Below, in pieces: positions 1 to 14,099 of a DNA stretch of 64,000 bases. The translations under genes were made by a program, and so were the position numbers. The stretch spans positions 3,080,147 through 3,144,146 of the forward strand of contig OZ199838.1 of assembly GCA_964304625.1 (NCBI GenBank), written 5' to 3'. How positions within the stretch are numbered: position 1 is the first letter of the stretch; each line of letters opens with the position of its first letter. A model generated the notes under the pieces. It did no database searches and was not told the DNA's origin. It was given only the letters and a program-made list of their open reading frames with translations. This stretch comes from Kudoa neothunni (Eukaryota; Animalia; Cnidaria).

Positions 1-185
1 AATTTTTGAAAAAGTGCCATGTTGAAACGCAAAAACTTTTATCTTAAAAACAAAAGTCGGTACCTTTTATTGTTAAAAATGAAGCCATAAACATCAAAGA
101 GTTATTCAGAAAATTATGGAGAAAATAATTTAGTTTTCTATGAATTATGAGCAAAATGCGTCTTTTGGGGTAATTCAGTGGCCCA

Positions 186-221
186 CCTCGGACCTCGGAC
201 CTTGGAACTTGGACCTTGGAC
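186..221 (+). repeat. Short 7-bp tandem repeat (GGACCTY-like, about 5 copies)
   Basis: Sequence reads cctcggacctcggaccttggaacttggaccttggac. Confidence 0.7.
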
Positions 222-1086
222 AGGCAGGGTTAATAATCAAATATAAGCGATCATTGCGTTTAATATTAAATTAAAATAATTTGGTATATGTAAATTTTTG
301 TGGAATTTGAGTTCACTAAACATATTAATCCATTTATCTTTATTTTGTTTGTCTTCTCTAAATATTGTTACAAAAGACCCTTTAGGAATTAGTAAGAAAT
401 GCGATTTTTGAGACTATAATATATGTTTGAATTTACAAGTATGCAGGTAGTCTATATTCCTTTACAATGAAAGATTAAATAGTAAGGGTGTGATAATTTA
501 ATGAAATCAATAGGTTGTTAGTTATTTACATGCATATTTAATTGCACACAAAAAAATAATAAAAATAAGAGTATAAACATATATTTGTCGATCACGAAAA
601 AGGGATCCAATGTTCAGTGTAATATTAACTATTCATGGAGTAATAAACTGAAAAAAGTATTGAAACTATCACTTAATAATTCCCATTTATTGTCAACGAA
701 AGTTATTTAAGGGGTTATATCACTAAAAAAATATAAACATTTTATACATAATCCATTAATAGCATAATCCAACGTCTAAATTATTGTTTATTGGCGTGCC
801 AAATAGATCAGTTGTTTTTTCAATAAATTGATTAAATTAAAATAAATAAATAAACAAATATTGATATAGATAATTGACTGTACGTACAATCAACAAAAAC
901 AAATAGAATATAGGGCATATTTAGTCGTGATGAGAGTTTAATGGGCAGATCCGATTAGTTGCCTTTTATCGACACCAAGCTTGCGATAGAAACAAAGAAT
1001 TAGTCACATTAAATTATAATAAAACCGGATTTGAAACTTCCCATATTTAATGAAGTTGAGACATCGAGATAATCTTATTACTTACG

Positions 1087-2403
1087 ATGGATCCAGATGA
1101 GTTGGAAAGGTTTCGAAGGAAGGATGGTCGACATCGAGGTTTAAATCAACAAGCATCGACGGATTCAGTTAAGGATGAACCTGAGGAAAGAAATGCTGAG
1201 ATGAGTGGTGAACATAGAACGTGCAATGCGAATAGACATAAGAAGAATTTTAATTCGGGGGATTGTACTTGCTCCGCTTTCGAGGAAATGTCTGAAATGA
1301 CTGTTCCAGGAGGAAGAATATTTGTAAATATTTACTCTAAAATACTTGCACATTAAAATAAATTAGGGTGGGCCTAAGGGAGTAATACATGATTTTGCCA
1401 AAGTGCACAAAAACAATCCAAAAGATTTCACTCATGTTTGTCATTCAAACACATAAATATTAATGACGATATAATTTGATACTGAACTGTGTTGTGTTGT
1501 AAATAGGTAACCAAAGAGATACTCGAAGTATTACATTTGGGTCCCACCGAAAGAGACGCTGAAGTGAACAAAATATTGGAGAGACGGAAAAAAGAGTTAC
1601 AAGAGATAAAATCCCAAATACATGATAAACCCTACTTTAAACCGTAACTCTAATCAACAACCCTATCGAGACATATATGGATCAATGATTTTATAGCAAA
1701 TTCGGAACTGCCTATTACATCACCTACCACGACTACGACCAAGAAGTGTTTTTTTGTCACACATCATGTCCTGTGACAGTTATTGTGCTGATTTACGACA
1801 AAGTAGTAGTTGATGTGATTTTTTGTAGGATTTTTATTAAGGCACTCTCCACAACCGAACCAATGGCAAACGCAATGGATAAACTAGCCAAAACTTATCA
1901 AAGGGTTAAATTTGTTTGTCTGGAGGCCGACAGTGAGTACGCCACAGAAAATTTTGTAATTATTAACCAAGCAACAAATAAAATCACTAATTTATATCCT
2001 CTATTTTCAATAAACTCACATAATTAATATCGTTAAAAAAATGTAATAACAAAGGATTAAAACATGCGCAAGCAGTTTCCTAACATATTTATATTTATAC
2101 ATACATTGTAGTAATATCAATATTGATATGGAATACTAATTATTGTGATTAGAAAATGGTGAATGGGATGAAATTTATTTGAATGGTGTTTTAGTTGAAG
2201 AACGCATTACCATTATTTCAAGTGATACGGGCTAATTGTTTGGTGCATACGGTTCTTCGAGCAGATGATGAGATCGGGATTACATACGAAGAACTTTTGA
2301 AATACTTTTTCGAGTATAATACAATTGCATATTTCTGTCACTTTCCATTTACTAATATTATCAACTTTTCAACTGTAGAAAAGGATATCTTTTTGATCAA
2401 TAG
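1087..2403 (+). CDS. Phosducin-like protein (multi-exon)
   Basis: Splicing across GT-AG introns gives the phosducin N-terminal motif GGPKGVIHDF. A thioredoxin-like C-terminal domain follows (TVIVLIYD...MDKLAKTYQRVKFVCL...NALPLFQV). Stop is TAG at 2401-2403. Confidence 0.8.
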
Positions 2404-2566
2404 ATGATCAATAGATTATTGGATGTGAGTTGTAGTGCGATAAAAATTAAAATATATTAGTTCTCGGTTTGGTCTATCATTTTGAATTTAAACTTTGTGT
2501 ATGTCTGCGCATCAATTTAACTCAACATCAAGATAATCTTGATCCAGATTTTGAGCAGATAGTAGA

Positions 2567-3780
2567 ATGCCAGCCGGTGCGAGTAGCTAAAATAGATAGG
2601 CCAATTTTTTTCTTATCCCATAATAGATATTGAAATTAAAGAGTCGTGCGTATATGGTTCCTCAAAGTATTACGCACTTTGTGGAATAGGTGGAATTCTC
2701 AGCTGTGGAATCACGCACACCGCATTGGTGCCGTTAGATTTGGTCAAATGCAGAATTCAGGTATCCGAGGGATTAGATTTCCCTCAACAATTATACTAAG
2801 TGCCAATCAATACTTTTCAACCCAATATAGACCAACCCCCAAAAATACAAAAGTATGCTGGGTGGAATGCGTACCACTGTTGCTGATGGTGGATTGCGAG
2901 CATTGGCCAAAGGTTGGGCGCCTACTTTTATTGGTTATTCGTTGCAAGGATTAGGAAAATTTGGATTTTATGAGATTTTTAAAAACATCTACAGCAGCTC
3001 TTTGTCCGAAGAAAACGCCTATTTCTACAGAACCACAGTTTATTTGGCTGCATCTGCAAGCGCGGAATTTTTCGCAGATATTCTACTGTCGCCTATGGAA
3101 GCGGTAAAAGTGCGAATTCAAACTCAACCTGGTTGGGCAAATTCGCTTAGAGAAGGTTTGAAAATTGTTTGTTTTATCAACTCAAATCCTCTCCAGGTGT
3201 ACCAAAATTAGTGGCCGAAGAAGGTATCAATGGCTTCTATAAAGGCATCGTTCCGTTGTGGTGCCGCCAAATACCATATACTATGATGAAATTTGCTTGT
3301 TTCGAACGGACGGTTGAAGCTATCTACAAAAAATATCGTTACAAAACCTAGGTGAGCGAGCTGAGCTTGTTTTCAATTTTATACGTCAATAAATTACATA
3401 CAATCTATGTAAGATAGATCCGAATGTACCAAAAAAGAACAACTTTTAGTGACTTTTGCAGCTGGTTATATTGCGGGTGTTTTCTGTGCCGTCGTTTTCC
3501 CATCCTGCTGATACTATCGTTTCTGTGCTGAACAAAGATAAAGGAAAGACTGCTATCCAAGCACTTCAATCCATGGGAATGAGGAGTAAGAAAGCATTGT
3601 GATTGACTTGAAACATTTAACTTGTCTAGCCATGTGGAGAGGACTCACCACGAGGATTATCATGGTTGGAACGTTGACTGCTCTTCAATGGTTTATCTAT
3701 GACTATGTAAAGGTTACTCTCGGCATTCCTAGACCTCACCGCCCACCATGCCCGAGAGTCTTCTCAACAAACAACATTAA
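2567..3780 (+). CDS. SLC25A3: Mitochondrial phosphate carrier (SLC25A3/PiC) with three single-base frameshifts in this assembly
   Basis: Motifs [67 protein letters not shown] and [16 protein letters not shown]. Indels lie at about 3330, 3496 and 3737. Confidence 0.95.
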
Positions 3781-6736
3781 CTATTTAATCTATCCAAATT
3801 GATATTATTTCAGTTTTTTTCTGTAGCTAATCACGATTTATGTGGTTGTTTTTAAATTTGCTTTATTTTTTGCATCTTTTGGCTTTTTCTCACCATTCTA
3901 TATTATATTACAGTAAACTGAGTAGAATTGATTTTTTGTTCTATAATAATATTGCTTATTTTATCAAGTCTTACCTATAGATTTAGTAAGTATTGTTATT
4001 TGATTTTTCTTTGCATTTATCATTCCTTTACATATTTTTTGGTACAAGCCAAACTTCTAATAATTTCTTATTATAACATTTCCAATTTCATATCTAATGG
4101 TCGATAGAAGTGCTTCAACGCAATAGCCTTATCTATAAAGGCGGTACAGTAAAGAAAATTCAAGTGTCATAAGTTTTGGTCATGTTTAATTATCTCTGGC
4201 CCGTCATTTCATTGTCCGAGGTCAGAAATAATTAATACAGAAGATTCTAAAAGATTAAATCAGTAAAAGTTGCGAGATTAAAAAATAACGTTCCAATTGC
4301 TTTTGTTTTAGGTTGAACAGGGTAAACAGTTTTAAGGTAGTCATAAATTTAGTTTTCAACATAAGGAGGTCAATTTAAGACCCCTATGCTTGAGTATAAC
4401 AAACATTTTATTCTAAAATAAGAAATTTCAAACGGCATTCGATTAATGGATCAGAATATACAGAAACGAGGTATGATACTAACTTTGAAATGTATTTATT
4501 TTCTGCCTTTATATATAAAAATAATTTAAATTATTACCAAGATTAAATAAAGTTTTTAAGTTTGTCGCTTGAATTAATGATTTAGCTTTATCTAGGATAA
4601 TTTAATTGAATAAAATGAGCTACTAAACTATTATATTCAGATTAAAAATGTTGGAACGTGCTTTATGTATATTGGAAGTCGAAAAGAAGCCACTAATAAA
4701 TACGGAATTCTTAAAAAATGTCGAATTCATTATTAATATATTATTGACTAAAAGATATTACCAATATTGATATTTTTTAAGGAACAGAACTGTAATTTAG
4801 TGGTAAAGAAACAGATTCAAAAATTTAGGTATATAACAACCTGGAAAACAATTCGATTAATGCAATGTATCCTTCAAAAAGAACTATAGTTTTTGAGCAT
4901 ATGCTGAACGTTATAAACATTTAATGAAGCGCCATGAATTAAACATGGTAAAAACTAAAGTTGTTTAACCATTTTAATCAGAATTGGAGGAGAAAATAAT
5001 TCAATTTACATCTATTTGTGTGTAATCTTTGAAAATGGTGCAATTATGGTCATACTTGTTTAGGAAACTTAAATAAAATATCTACTTTTTTTATATATTA
5101 ATGGGAACCGAAAATTCAAAAATATATGGACTAACATTTTGAGGCTATTACAACCAATTTCTTAGAAAATAACATATTTTACTTCCTTTAAAGGTTTATA
5201 TCAGAAAAACTGAACCACTAAAAAATGTTATTTTTTAAACGGCAACGACTAATAATGGCTATATTTTATCTTTCTGTGTGATAATGGTGTAGCTTACCTT
5301 TTGAAATTATTTGTTCGCTAAAAGATCTCATTATTTGAAAAGTCGTAAAATGTAATTTATTTTTTATTCTGTAAGCTCTTTTAATCTAATCTAATAAAAA
5401 TTAAATTTTGATCAAATTTATTAAAGTAATACGCATTAGCAAAATTTATTTAATGGATACAGTTTATATTTGTTATTTATAATATAAAAAATTAACCCCA
5501 ATCAATGATGTGGCTTGTGTCAGAATATTTTCAATACTTTACAAATAATGACCTAATTGAAGATTACTCTATTTTGGTGGGTAGCATTAATTTTTATTTA
5601 AAAACTTATATATTACTTCGTAATTTCCATTATTTCCGGATGATTGCAAAAATATAAAAATAATCATTTTTCTATGTTTATATTAATAATTTCCTATGTA
5701 TAATAAAGAATTCAATCTATTAATAGGAAAAATTTGCTTCTTACTAACCATTAAATATCCATTTTTGGTGAAAAAAATATTTAAAAGAATAATTTTTAGG
5801 AGAAAATAGATTTGGCAACTAAATTATTTATCAAAATTACGAATTTCTAATCGTATATTGATTAAAATTCCAAATTTTTGTTAATTGCATTTTTTCACTA
5901 CAATGAATATAGTTCATAATTGTATCGAAAACAGAATATTTTTCAAAATGTGTGAAATAGAAAAACAGAGGTTGTGTATGAATATCTTAACGCTGTTTTT
6001 TCAATCTCAAAATTAGTCTCTCATCCCTATGTAGCATTAATCGGATGTCATACTCGCCACATATGATGGAGTGGATTCAATATCATAATTATTTCAAATA
6101 ATAAATATTAGTCGGCGCCTAAAGATGAGACTGAGACAAATAACTTTCAATTGATGTGTATATCCGAAGTTTTGTTTGGGACATCAATTTTCCGCCCATG
6201 CTAAAATTTCTTCTAATATCTCCACCTTGATTCAAATAGGACTGTTCTAAATATTGGAACTTAGAGCGTATTAGTCATTCTTTCTCAAAGATAATATACG
6301 GCTTTGGAAAACCACTCAATCTATTCTGACACTAATTATGTCGAATTGATTTGCCAAATTATAATAAATTCTATCACTTCTATTTGTTTTGATATATCTA
6401 CTAGTTGGTATTTTTTGAAACATAATCATTTTTTATTTTTAATGCAATTCAAATTTATCATAAAATCATTTAATTTCTGTTACAATTTTAAATATTCAAA
6501 ATAGCATTTTATTCTCAACGCCAAGGTATATTATGTAATTATTATATTGTTGGCATACATATGTTACTACTAATCATATACATTTACAAAAAATAATTCA
6601 TATCATCCCAAGTTATTTTTTATAATTTCAATAATCCTCAAGTTAAAAAATAATTTCTAGATCATACCAATGTGCACAGGAACAAATTTTAATTAACGCG
6701 CAAGCGCGAACACTTGCAAGTTTTTCACTCATTTGA

Positions 6737-7719
6737 ATGGGTTCCAGTAGTAAATCCAAAGTTAAAGGTAATCAGTTTGTGGATGAAATTTTATTGAATC
6801 AATTCAGAGGAACAAGTTGAGTCTAAACGAAAACAGAAGTATGATCGAGAAAATGACTACGATGACGCGAAACCTCCAAAGCGAGATGCGTCTGCTTTGA
6901 TGTATTGGTTCAAATTTTACTTATTTTGAATTATTATATTAAAATATAGCGATGATAACACGGCAAAGGAGCAACCGAATTACGAGTTATCTGGCAAATT
7001 AACCGAATACACAAATACTTACAAAGTAATCAAATTTGGCATGCCGATAAAAACATAAAAATGTTAATTGTGCTTTTCATTTTCAGGGTGTTGTAATAAA
7101 GTACAACCAACCACCAGACGCCCATAAGCCAAATAAAGTTTGGAGATTTTATCAATTTAAAGGGGAACAAGAATTAGGTTGCGAAATTATTGTTAGCATG
7201 TCACATCAGATTACATGTTAAATAATTTAGAAACTCTATATTTGCATAGAGAAAGTGCATTTTTGATTGGAAGAGACACACGAGTTAATATTTCTACTAA
7301 TTGGGGTCGGAGTTGTTGTATTTTTAATGAAAATTAGATTGTAGACATACCGATTGAGAACCCCTCTTGTTCTAGTCAGCATGCGGTATTCCAATATAGA
7401 TTGGTTCCATCGATTGATAAAAAGGGAAACCAAGTTAAGGTGGTCAAGTATTTGTCACTATTTAACAATCTCAACGTAGTGACAACGAACTTTCAATTTA
7501 TATTTAGGCCATATATCATAGATTTGGACTCAACTAATGGTACCTTTCTAAATGGTGAGCGCATAGGTGCTAGAAGATATTACGAATTAAAAGAAAAGGT
7601 AGATATTATAGTTGGCAATCAAACGATAATTAAATTTTTTGAATGTAATTAAGGATGTGCTCAAATTTGGTACAAGCGAACGAGAATACGTTCTGCTGCA
7701 CGATAATTCAAAAAACTAA
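6737..7719 (+). CDS. SNIP1: Smad nuclear-interacting protein 1 / Pml1 (FHA domain, RES splicing complex)
   Basis: Spliced product includes PNYELSGKLTEYTNTYKGVVIKYNQPPDAHKP, FLIGRD, NPSCSSQHAVFQYR, PYIIDLDSTNGTFLNG and YYELKEKDVLKFGTSEREYVLL. Confidence 0.93.
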
Positions 7720-7814
7720 TCACACATTCTTATTTCTATTGGCTAATGTACAGAAAGAGAACAGAACACAATACAATATTTTAAATGATATATATGTTTT
7801 ATTTATGGGTGTTT

Positions 7815-10800
7815 TTATTTGAACGAGATACTAACGATGGTTACATCTTGAAGGGGTTTGTCAGTGTCACGACTAGTTTTAACTTGAGAAATGGATTTGG
7901 CAGTGGATGCGCCTTGTGTCACTTTTCCAAAAATCGTGTGTTTGTTATCTAACCAACCCTATAAATAATTTTTGACTAATTTTAATTTCTCAAACACATA
8001 AAATTTTAATCCAACAATAAATTTATTACAGCAGGAGCGACTGTGATAAAAAACTGAGATCCATTTGTGTTGGGTCCCGAATTAGCCATACTAACCATAT
8101 AAGGAGAAGAATGTCGTAATGAGGAGTGGAATTCGTCTTCAAATTCGCCGCCCCAAATCGACTCCCCACCAGTTCCATTTCCTAATGTTATTTTCAAATC
8201 AGTTATGTTAATCTTTTCAACTTGTAGCATAAGACAGGTAAAATGGTTGGCCCATGTACATTAAAACAAAAAGGATAACTCACCCAGAGGATCACCAGTT
8301 TGAATCATAAATCCAGCAATAACTCTGTGAAATATGTGACCGTTGTAGTAGCCATTCTTACCATGGGTAACAAAGTTTTCAACCGTACGCGGACATCTAG
8401 AATAATCTTGTGAGTATTTAGTTGTTGAATTGATAAATACTCGGTGGCGTATAATTGGATTTGGATGTCGCCCATTGAAGTGTGTAATATGGCATTCTCC
8501 GGCATTGAATGATTGGCTTGTTTCTAAATTTTTGTCCAAAATATAGTCAACGAATTTTAGTTATCACTATAACCTCGGAGATCGATTCAATCTCGTCTTT
8601 TGTGGGTTTTTCGTTGAAAACGTCACGATTCGTTTCATCGCTAATCACGCCATTTTAATTTAATAAAATCGCGCCAACTTGATACACATCCCCTTAATTG
8701 TTATTAACGAATAAATTAAATCCACCAATAAGAACTACAAACATTTACGTATAATAATAAAAGAGATTAAATTTTCAAATCAGGGTGACTATTGCCATGC
8801 ATATATTTAATTCTATGTGCGAAGTTTTTATTATAATTCAACTTTTTCGATCTCCAAAATAATGCTAATTTAATATAAAGATTTGGTGTTAATAGATAGA
8901 TTATAAAAATCAGACCTCCAAACCATTAGATATTTTATAGTACGCATTCGTACTACAAAATAAAAGATTAAATTCCTTCTAAACAAAAATAACTGCAACG
9001 AATTTTAAGAAATACCTAAAGTTAATATTAAAATTTAATTTAAATAATTATCACCAAATTTCCCAAAAATTTATTTTTAGAAAAATAAATAACATTATAT
9101 CGAATGTTTATTATGAAAATTAAATTTTAATATTAACTTTAGGTATGTCTTAAATCTGCTTTATTTAAATTTAATTTCCAAAGTTGAGATGTAATTTCAC
9201 TGCAGGTATTTTTATAAGAAGAAACATCCATAAATGTGTTAAAATTGAACATTAATCGAATTGGAATATATCGGAATGAATAAAAAATAGCGCCACTTTA
9301 TATACAAATATTAATTTTACTTCATTCAATCAAAATTTCGTTAATTGATGGTAAAATATAAGTAATTTTAAAATTCTTTCAGTCATAATAATTAAGGGGG
9401 TATATATCACTATGGTTCACAGTGGTAATAAAGTTACCTTTCGGCGTTTGATGTAGGGTCTCGGCTTGAAAACAGATAAAATCTATTTTTGTTGAAACCT
9501 GTGCAGGCGATGGTGGGGTCTAATGAAATTTGTCTGAGAATGGGGTTTTCCGCAGATTCGACTTCCTTGATAAATTGTTTAATTACCGCCAAGATTATAC
9601 TTAAATTGAAAAAGTGATTGTGAAATAATATACTTTATTAAAAAGTAATTAAAATAACATAATTTTAATTCGACGATAATATATGAATAACTTTCATATA
9701 GAAAATTAAATAAAATTTTAAACGGCATGATCATTAAGTGAATTACTCATTTAATGTCAAATAGATTAGAAAAAATTCGTAAGAAAAAAATAAATTCATG
9801 AATAATGACCTCAAATTTATTATTAAAAAATTTTGTTGGGTACACAAACTAGCCCAAATGAACATAAATATTTCCTAATAGGAAATAGGAGACTCTATGA
9901 GCAAACGCAGCCGTACGCAAGCAATAAAAGCACTGTATTATGTATTTTGAAATAAATTACCAAATTTGTAGCTCTGCGTTTACGGTTTGGAATTCCCTGG
10001 TACAAAGATAACGAAAGGAATCGCACATGCTCATTTTTCCCAAGGATGCGACAACATTTCCCCGTTTTTAAATTTACAACTACAATTTTGAAGCGAAATT
10101 AAGGCATAGACTTTAAAATAACTACTTTTTATTCCAAACATTGTAGAATATATCAAATATTTGGAAGATTCATCAAAAACTACAAAAAATAAATAACAGC
10201 TACTTAATAAATATTACTTGAATCAACATAATGAAGCGCATCAGTCTTTTGAATTTCGTTTTCTATGGACAACTTTTTACCAAATTCAATATCATTCATT
10301 TTTATTGTATTCTACAATAATGGTAGAATACAACAAGAATCACTGGTTGATTTTTATTATATTATGATAGAATTTCTATCCATAACTATGTAATACCGAT
10401 TGTTGTTCAAGTGATGACTCCTTGGATTCGTCAAATACTCTGTAGATTTTACCAGACAAACAATGAAACACGCGTATCTAGACAGAGAAATAAATTTCGA
10501 AGTCGAAAAGAAGAGAAGAGAAAAAAGAGACCTTTTTATCGGCACTAACGCAAGAGAATAATCGACCGTTTTTCGACAAATTCATTGAGACAATACTTGA
10601 AGATTTCTACAACCAAAATTAGTGCCATTAATCTAATAAAATGAATTCATTTCACTCCAATAAATTCATAGAGGTCGGTATCGGTTTTAAATTCAAATTC
10701 CACATTGTCCGAAGGAAACTCAAAGGTGACAGCATCCCAATATTCGATAATGTCACTTTGATCGACAGAAAGCACAAAATCATACACAGCATTGTACTAA

Positions 10801-11660
10801 TTAAAACGATAATTAATTATCATACCATTTTCAAAATAGAATAACTTTAATTATGGAAACTGGTGAATGGTGTGTGTGTAATATTTTGAGTATTTCCCTA
10901 GAACCTTTACCATCATAGATATTAATATTCGGAGAGTTTTGATCCGATCTGCCATTTAATTAGGTCAACCATTGTCAAATCAGAAAATTGTATTCATATA
11001 TTACACAGCAACCAAGCAGCGTTCGTGACCTTGTTTATAGATCCAACAAACAGCCAACGGAGTATATCCAAGAGGAATCATATTGATCATGTCTATATGA
11101 TAACATTATGACAAAAATATGTTAAGTGTATGTTTTTGTTGACGAAAAAACTTACCAAAGTTGAGCACGTCAAATACTTTCAATGTTTTATCGCTACCTA
11201 CGGTACAATAAAGAAATCCATCAACTGAAGCAGACACATCCACAACGCTCCCTTCATCAAATTATATAAAATAATCCCTAACACACATAAACTTACCCAA
11301 ATGTACCTTGAAATGCTTCACAAATACAATTTCTTCGTAGTTTTTCTTCCAAAATTTCACGTGGCCATCATTACTAGCTGTTATGAGAAAATCCGACCTT
11401 CATATTTGAATATATAAGAAAACTGTTTGTAATTTATTGTTCTACTCTGTAAATGTGACAAAGTTGATAGTGTCACGATGCATAAAACTTTTTTCATAAT
11501 TTTCACTTTGAGGGATATTGTCCAGAAAAACCTTTTCATTGTGCAAAACTAAACTCACAAATTATTGGTTAAATTAAATAAAAAATATAAAACTTTTTTC
11601 ATCTAATTTATTGGCGTTGCTAGGCAACGTTTCCTCATTAACGTTAGCTACCTCCGCCAT
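7815..11660 (-). CDS. PPWD1: Peptidylprolyl isomerase domain and WD repeat-containing protein 1
   Basis: N-terminal WD region ([33 protein letters not shown]). C-terminal cyclophilin domain ([60 protein letters not shown]). Confidence 0.95.
8678..9412. mobile_element. Foldback/MITE-like insertion filling a PPWD1 intron
   Basis: 38-bp inverted repeat at 9004-9041 and 9117-9154 with one mismatch. Degenerate outer inverted termini at about 8680-8700 and 9388-9412. A similar terminus occurs at about 706-725. Confidence 0.55.
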
Positions 11661-12598
11661 ACTAACAAGATGCGCGATTCACGAGTTTTAAGGTTGACGT
11701 AGTTCTAATATTTTATTGGAAAACTCTTTTTTATATAATTTTTGAGATTATATAGTATTTAAAGATTTATTATTATTTTTATAATTGAATATTTCTATTA
11801 TTATGATTATGATTATCGTTATCATTATCATTATTTGAGGTTTTGGTTTTGAAGAAGCGTAAAAATTTGTTAGATTCCTATTTATAAAAAATATATAGTA
11901 AATGAGTCAAGAACTGTTGATACGGATGGAAATTTCTCCATAATATTATTTTTTATAAAAATCATTTTTTCATCACAAGCGATCGATTAGTTATTTAAAA
12001 ATACTGATCCATTATTCCATGAGACGGCGGCCGATATGACCGAAAGAGCCAATTATTGACGATGGAGAAAATTTTTATATTTCTGAGCCATAATATTGAC
12101 TATGAGCTGTATAATCAAAATATTTATCGATGAAGCCATAATAAGTTATATTCGGGGGAGATCTTAGGAAAATTATCGAATTAGCCTAACTATACGTGGT
12201 TCTATAACCAGTCAACCTAATATTTTAATTATTGATATTTTTAATGTGGAAGGAAATAATAAAAATAAATATACAAACGTGCAATTGTTTGCTTACTCCA
12301 ATTAATATCATAATTTCGTTGTTAATAATTTCCATTACGATAAATCAAAAATTCTACCTTTAATCTCTGTACAACGTATATACGGTAAAAATGCATCTTC
12401 ATGAATATTATCGTTAATAAAAGGGAAAAATACAACCAAATAATACAACCTTTTAGAATTTAAAGAATAACTTACTTTCTGGGTATTTTCAAAAATTTAC
12501 TATTTCTGTGGCATTTTATATAGAATTTTCTATTCAGCAAAAGTAAGGAATGTTCAATATTATGACAAAATTAATTTTGATGGATAAAATTTAATGGA

Positions 12599-12953
12599 AA
12601 CTAGCGCAAAACCCTCGCTTCGCTTGGACATCCTTTTCTAATCCAGTTAGGCTTTGGTCTTTTAGAGTTCAAAATAAATTAAGTGATCTTAGATAAATAG
12701 CACAAAGATTAGATAACAAAATCAGATGTAATAGATTAACAACTGATCATAATCTTATTTTGTAGCGTTTTAATAGACGTTTAGGAATTTTACTTATGGT
12801 ATACCATAAAATAACCAATATTTAAATAGCACAAAAACTAATCCAGAGTTTAAATAACATTAGTTTGATTCGGTTAATATGATACAGTCTTATTGATAAA
12901 AATATTAAATGTACACACACCTAAGGACACAAAAACTTAACATATATAGTAGA
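12599..12953 (+). mobile_element. Possible non-autonomous Helitron-like (HINE/Lep1-type) element
   Basis: Begins AACTAGCG...CCCTCGCTTCGCT and ends TATATAGTAGAT, resembling the termini of such elements. Similar ACTAGCG starts occur near 18422 and 24917. Confidence 0.35.
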
Positions 12954-14099
12954 TAGCATTAATACCGAGCTTTACTCAGAGTTATAATAACAGTTTACAG
13001 AGGTTCAATGTTGTAGTTTTTGGGCGACAAAATTTTATTAGAATAAAGAAATTTTGAAACTCAAAAAATTGCAATAGTAACATAGAAGTATAAGGGATTT
13101 TGTATAAAAAAGTTGTTTCTAAAAAATTAGTTTAGGCTTCCTTTTAAGTAATTTGAGTGTAAGATATGAAAAATCATTTGATTATGAAATATGATGGAGA
13201 ATACGTAGATTGTAGTATAGGAATGAAATATAAATTGGATTTTGCGTAATAGGTTAAACGAATGTGAAGGAGAGAGAGGAGGAGTTGGATGAATAAAGAA
13301 GAGGTTTGCAAATTATGAAGAATTCAGTATAAATAACTTTAAACAGACAAATTAAAATTAAAAATCAACACTCAAAGAAACCCGTAAGAAGAATGAATAC
13401 ACGTAAAAGTAGCCATGATAAATCAATGGGTCAGACGCACCAGAAAAAGGTGAGAGCAAAGGAAAGTAGAGAGAAGAAAACTATGATACGCCAACTGTAT
13501 CGAACATCCACAAAAACAGGGCCGAAAAAACACCAACAAGTTGAAGGAAACACATTACGTTATTGAAGTATCAGTTACATCAAAATGAGAAAAAAAATGA
13601 AACGTCTGGTAGAATAAAATGTGCCATGTCTAGAATTCCTCTAAAAAGAATGTTATAAAAATAACGCGAGCAGTAAAAATACTCATAACTTCGAATGTTC
13701 ATAAACATGGGAAGAGTTAAGGTTGGTTGAATTTTCATGTAAAATTTTTCGGCTGTACGAATCTTAATTAGAAAAACAAATAAGATGAAAAGATACCAGT
13801 ATGTATTCTGAACATGTATAATGGTTGTTTATTCCCTAAAATCCAGGACCTATCATTTTATAATTTCTATGGAGTGAGAGTTTCAACAACTCTTGTTGTG
13901 GAATTTCTCGTTAATTGACATTACAAAATATTGGTATATTTTTTAGATCAATTTCCTCATTTGAATCTATTTATTCGGATATATAATTGTCAATTCGTCT
14001 GTTCTTTTTATCCATAATAAAACGAAAAACAATCGACGCATTATCTCTACTGTAGCCAAAAAATGTAGAAATATTTTAAAAAATTCGATGCTTTTCGAC

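Noticed and set aside
186-221. CRISPR-like array
   Set aside because: Simple 7-bp tandem repeat without spacers, in a eukaryotic context.
1310-1366. Non-canonical splice sites or an alternative genetic code
   Set aside because: The genes I reconstructed splice with GT-AG introns and the standard code. In-frame stops in the ORF track fall in introns, apart from the indels listed.
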